DNA of 63,347 nucleotides, filler included, from Rhabdomonas costata (taxonomy: Eukaryota): assembly GCA_019059605.1 (NCBI GenBank). It is 28 parts of 28 records of this genome, joined end to end, with 100 filler letters (N's around TTAATTAATTAA, not from the genome) between each part and the next. Parts side by side here need not be neighbours in the genome. Positions count along the whole stretch, not along the records: positions 58,922 to 61,084 come from JAHMHO010005145.1; positions 61,185 to 63,347 come from JAHMHO010005146.1; 26 more parts are not named here. One strand, 5' to 3'. The position numbers were made by a program, and so were the translations under genes. Positions 60,901 through 63,347 of the stretch are shown here, piece after piece. The notes under the pieces were generated by a model. It was not told where the DNA came from and searched no databases. It saw only the letters and a program-made list of their open reading frames with translations. Position 1 is the stretch's first letter. The number at the start of each line of letters is the position of its first letter.

Positions 60901-62799
60901 TGGTTCCTCTGTGCCCAGAGGACCTGTCTCGGTGTATCCTGCGTGGTTGCGCGAGCTGACTGTTGCGTCCGTTCGTTGTATAACCGGTTTTACTGATTGG
61001 CGCCACCTTAAAGTGTGCCGAGGTGGCGCCAGTCAGTAAAACCGGTTATACAACGAACGGACGCAACAGTCAGCTCGCACAACCNNNNNNNNNNNNNNNN
61101 NNNNNNNNNNNNNNNNNNNNNNNNNNNNTTAATTAATTAANNNNNNNNNNNNNNNNNNNNNNNNNNNNNNNNNNNNNNNNNNNNCCACAAAGCACGAGAA
61201 TGAAAGTGAGACTGTGCGACTAGATGGAAGAAGGGCTTTGGGCATGTGTAAGCGCTGAAGTGGTTTAAAAACCACCGCCGTGCATACGCACATTTGTTTG
61301 TAGTCTTTCATGTCTTGAGTCTTTCAAAAATCTTCAAACAAAATCATTCAAAGTCATTAAACTGATGATATGAAACTTACCTTTTAGGATCAATATTTCA
61401 AAACTCCTGAGTGAGGCTTGGGATCTTCATTACATTTATCTTATGTATTTTTCTCATCCGTACATGTTTTAGTGTCTTATCTGTTTGTTTGCTCAAGCTG
61501 GTATGTACCTCCTGTAACTTTAATTTGCAGTTGCGCCAAATTTTGTGTGCATTTTAAATTAAATTTTAGATTTAAAAAAATAGCTTTTGTGTGGTGTGTG
61601 ACTTTTTGAATGTTGAGCGCATGTAAGTGTTTCTTGTTTTTCTTGTGTTTATTGCGTTTTCGCGACGTATATTAAGATTCAAGCTTATAACAATAATGAT
61701 CCGCTGATTAATGCATAACACACTCCGTGAAAACCATCAAATTACACTCAACTGTTATTGAGTGCAGTAATACTCATGATTTTACAAGATTTTGAGAAGA
61801 CTTTTTTCACTGAAAACACAGCTAACATAATGTTGCTTTCTCCTTTCCACAACCACAAGGAAATAATGTGACTAATGATTTGCTACTGTAGGAACCACTG
61901 AAATTACATGAGTACCTGACTCACTCAGGCTTCCCACACCCCGACTAATGATGTTAACTGAAGCTGCTGCTAGCGTGTCATAATACCACTAAACATTTGT
62001 ATCATTCTCATATAAGGATCCATTAACATGACAATTTAATAGCTAAAACATGAACCATTTGCTCTATAAATTGCCATTAATATGAGGCTCAGAGTACCAC
62101 TTTCTGTTCGAAATCCAGAACATACAGTGCTCTGTATGTTGCCACAAGTCTCAGATTTGTAGATTGCCTTTTTCCAAAATCATCCATCAATCCAAAAAAC
62201 TTCCTTTCTGTGGCTATGTGAAACCTGGATTGTTGCAATCGCTTTAGTGAGGTGTTGTCACATTCTTTGAGTGAATAGTTAAATTCCAGCCTACCACTGT
62301 AATTCCAGGCTGAAAGTTTTGTGAACTACTCTATTTCAAGAATAATAGTTGGTCGCCACATTTCCTGAATTCCGTTGCTCCAACAGTTCAAGCACAACTA
62401 AATGCAGTACGGTAAGCTGGAGTTCTTCTGTAAACTCGCTTTCTCTATTATCATTCAAATGCCAATGAATAGATTTCGTGTCAAATGGCATCGGATGATA
62501 TTTGCTTCTGTTACTGGAGCTTTTATGTTCGCAACTTTGCGGCGTTTTGGTATGGGATTTTTATTTGTGCTGTTGTTATGCCTGTTCGGTGATCTCTTTT
62601 TGCTTCGCTGCCCCTGTTTTTCGCAAGAAATTTCTTGAAACTTGTTTTTCATTGCTATTTAGTTGGCAGGAAAAGCCTATGGCCTGGCAACACACGTGGC
62701 TGTTTGATTATGCTGGTGTGGAAGGCGTGGGCTGTAGGCAAGTTTGTGTTAGGACAAAAAATGACAAAAGAGTCGACGTGTCCAGAAAAATCTGGCGCA

Positions 62800-63347
62800 T
62801 TATCCACACAACCACCCAAATGTAGCGCCACGCCACGCCATGACCAATTGTTAACTGACTGATGTGATACAAATGGCCCATTTACGGCACGTAATGTCCG
62901 CGTTTCTATAAATTGAGTTAGTCCTCCTTGCTCATGTCTTATACTTGCGTTTCCTTTACGTCCGCCGTCCGTGCACCTGCTGCTTGTGTTATGAGCCGCC
63001 TATTAGGTTCTGGTTCTCCAGTAGACAAGCTTTTAGCCACATTCCTGAAACTGATTAAGGTAAAAAATGGGTGACACAGGGCCCAGCAGAACGCAATTCA
63101 TGGGCACCATTGGGTAGCAAGTACCTCATTTCACGCATAGACAATATGCCTGATCAAGTTGGAGATAGCTAGTTATTCTCCAAGCTTGAGATGTAATATG
63201 GCTTCACCAGATCCGTGTATACCAACACCACGTGGAGCGCACAGCGTTCAAACAGATACCTCATGAAGACGATAAAATTCATCTTCCAAAAGATGAAAAG
63301 TTCTCAGGGGCGCCTACATTGACTATATCTTTTTCTACACCAACACA
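62800..63347 (+). mobile_element. Decayed Ty3/gypsy LTR retrotransposon pol (RT) remnant
   Basis: From 63116: SKYLISRIDNMPDQVGDS*LFSKLEM*YGF/QIRVYQHHVERTAFK ... AYIDYIFFYT. These match YP.PRID, FSKLDL..G.HQI, KTAF and YIDD, with stops, frameshifts and an internal deletion. Confidence 0.85.

Larger units (their letters stand above)
2168..61184. other. 27 artificial 100-nt contig linkers (N44-TTAATTAATTAA-N44) joining 28 contigs of ~2.16 kb
   Basis: Identical linker starting at 2168, 4435, 6702, 8985, 11252, 13521, 15787, 18054, 20320, 22586, 24852, 27118, 29384, 31648, 33913, 36175, 38441, 40706, 42969, 45233, 47498, 49763, 52032, 54295, 56559, 58822 and 61085. TTAATTAATTAA puts stops in all six frames. 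Near-constant contig length indicates a size-sorted concatenation. Confidence 0.99.

Noticed and set aside
60945-61084. ~64-bp-arm hairpin resembling a structured ncRNA or pre-miRNA
   Set aside because: Terminal position, with mismatches only near the loop and in the primer tail. The same pattern occurs at 11186-11246, 38549-38713 and 47603-47732. Small natural seed hairpins may exist, but the long arms are probably artefactual.
2168-61184. Regularly spaced TTAATTAATTAA repeat with ~2.2-kb spacers, suggesting an array or a gene cluster
   Set aside because: It is a synthetic six-frame-stop linker inside N padding. Neighbouring contigs are unrelated, so no operon, island or synteny can be inferred. 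ORFs ending in X...LIN are artefacts.
1-63347. rRNA, tRNA, SL RNA, snRNA genes, telomeric arrays, CRISPR
   Set aside because: None recognised by eye. Covariance-model searches (Infernal, tRNAscan-SE) would be needed to exclude short RNAs.

Overview
This is not a contiguous locus. It is 28 unrelated ~2.16 kb contigs of a fragmented eukaryotic assembly, joined by 27 artificial 100-nt linkers (44 N + TTAATTAATTAA + 44 N), so nothing can be inferred from gene order across linkers. Most contigs start with ~10 G/T-only bases and end with ~10 A/C-only bases, and several ends are fold-back chimeras. That is the signature of whole-genome amplification (WGA) with degenerate G/T primers. The organism is an intron-rich protist with short exons and GT-AG introns whose donors mostly read GT-N-Y-G. 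That donor pattern plus a trypanosomatid-style receptor adenylate cyclase suggests a euglenozoan, probably a euglenid (inference). Most of the supplied ORF track is noise, so the real genes were rebuilt by hand-splicing in phase. Recognisable fragments: major vault protein (in-frame TAA at a conserved Tyr; one intron starts with an apparent diverged copy of the next exon), a defence-type SIR2-like protein, an RNF213/mysterin-like ORF, a STAND/ADCY10-like NTPase-TPR, a receptor adenylate cyclase, VPS13, GINS4/Sld5, a SulP transporter, an MTHFSD-type cyclo-ligase, an M43 metallopeptidase, a GT23-like protein, PPR-like, RING-H2, ankyrin, NHL, GCC2/GCC3 and IPT/TIG proteins, and an HPN-type J-domain. 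There are also decayed non-LTR and Ty3/gypsy reverse transcriptases and a ~400-bp dispersed repeat that forms a natural palindrome in one contig. No CRISPR, rRNA or tRNA was recognised. No linked multi-gene novel system can be supported; the best leads are single-gene oddities and an unlinked set of innate-immunity-type genes.
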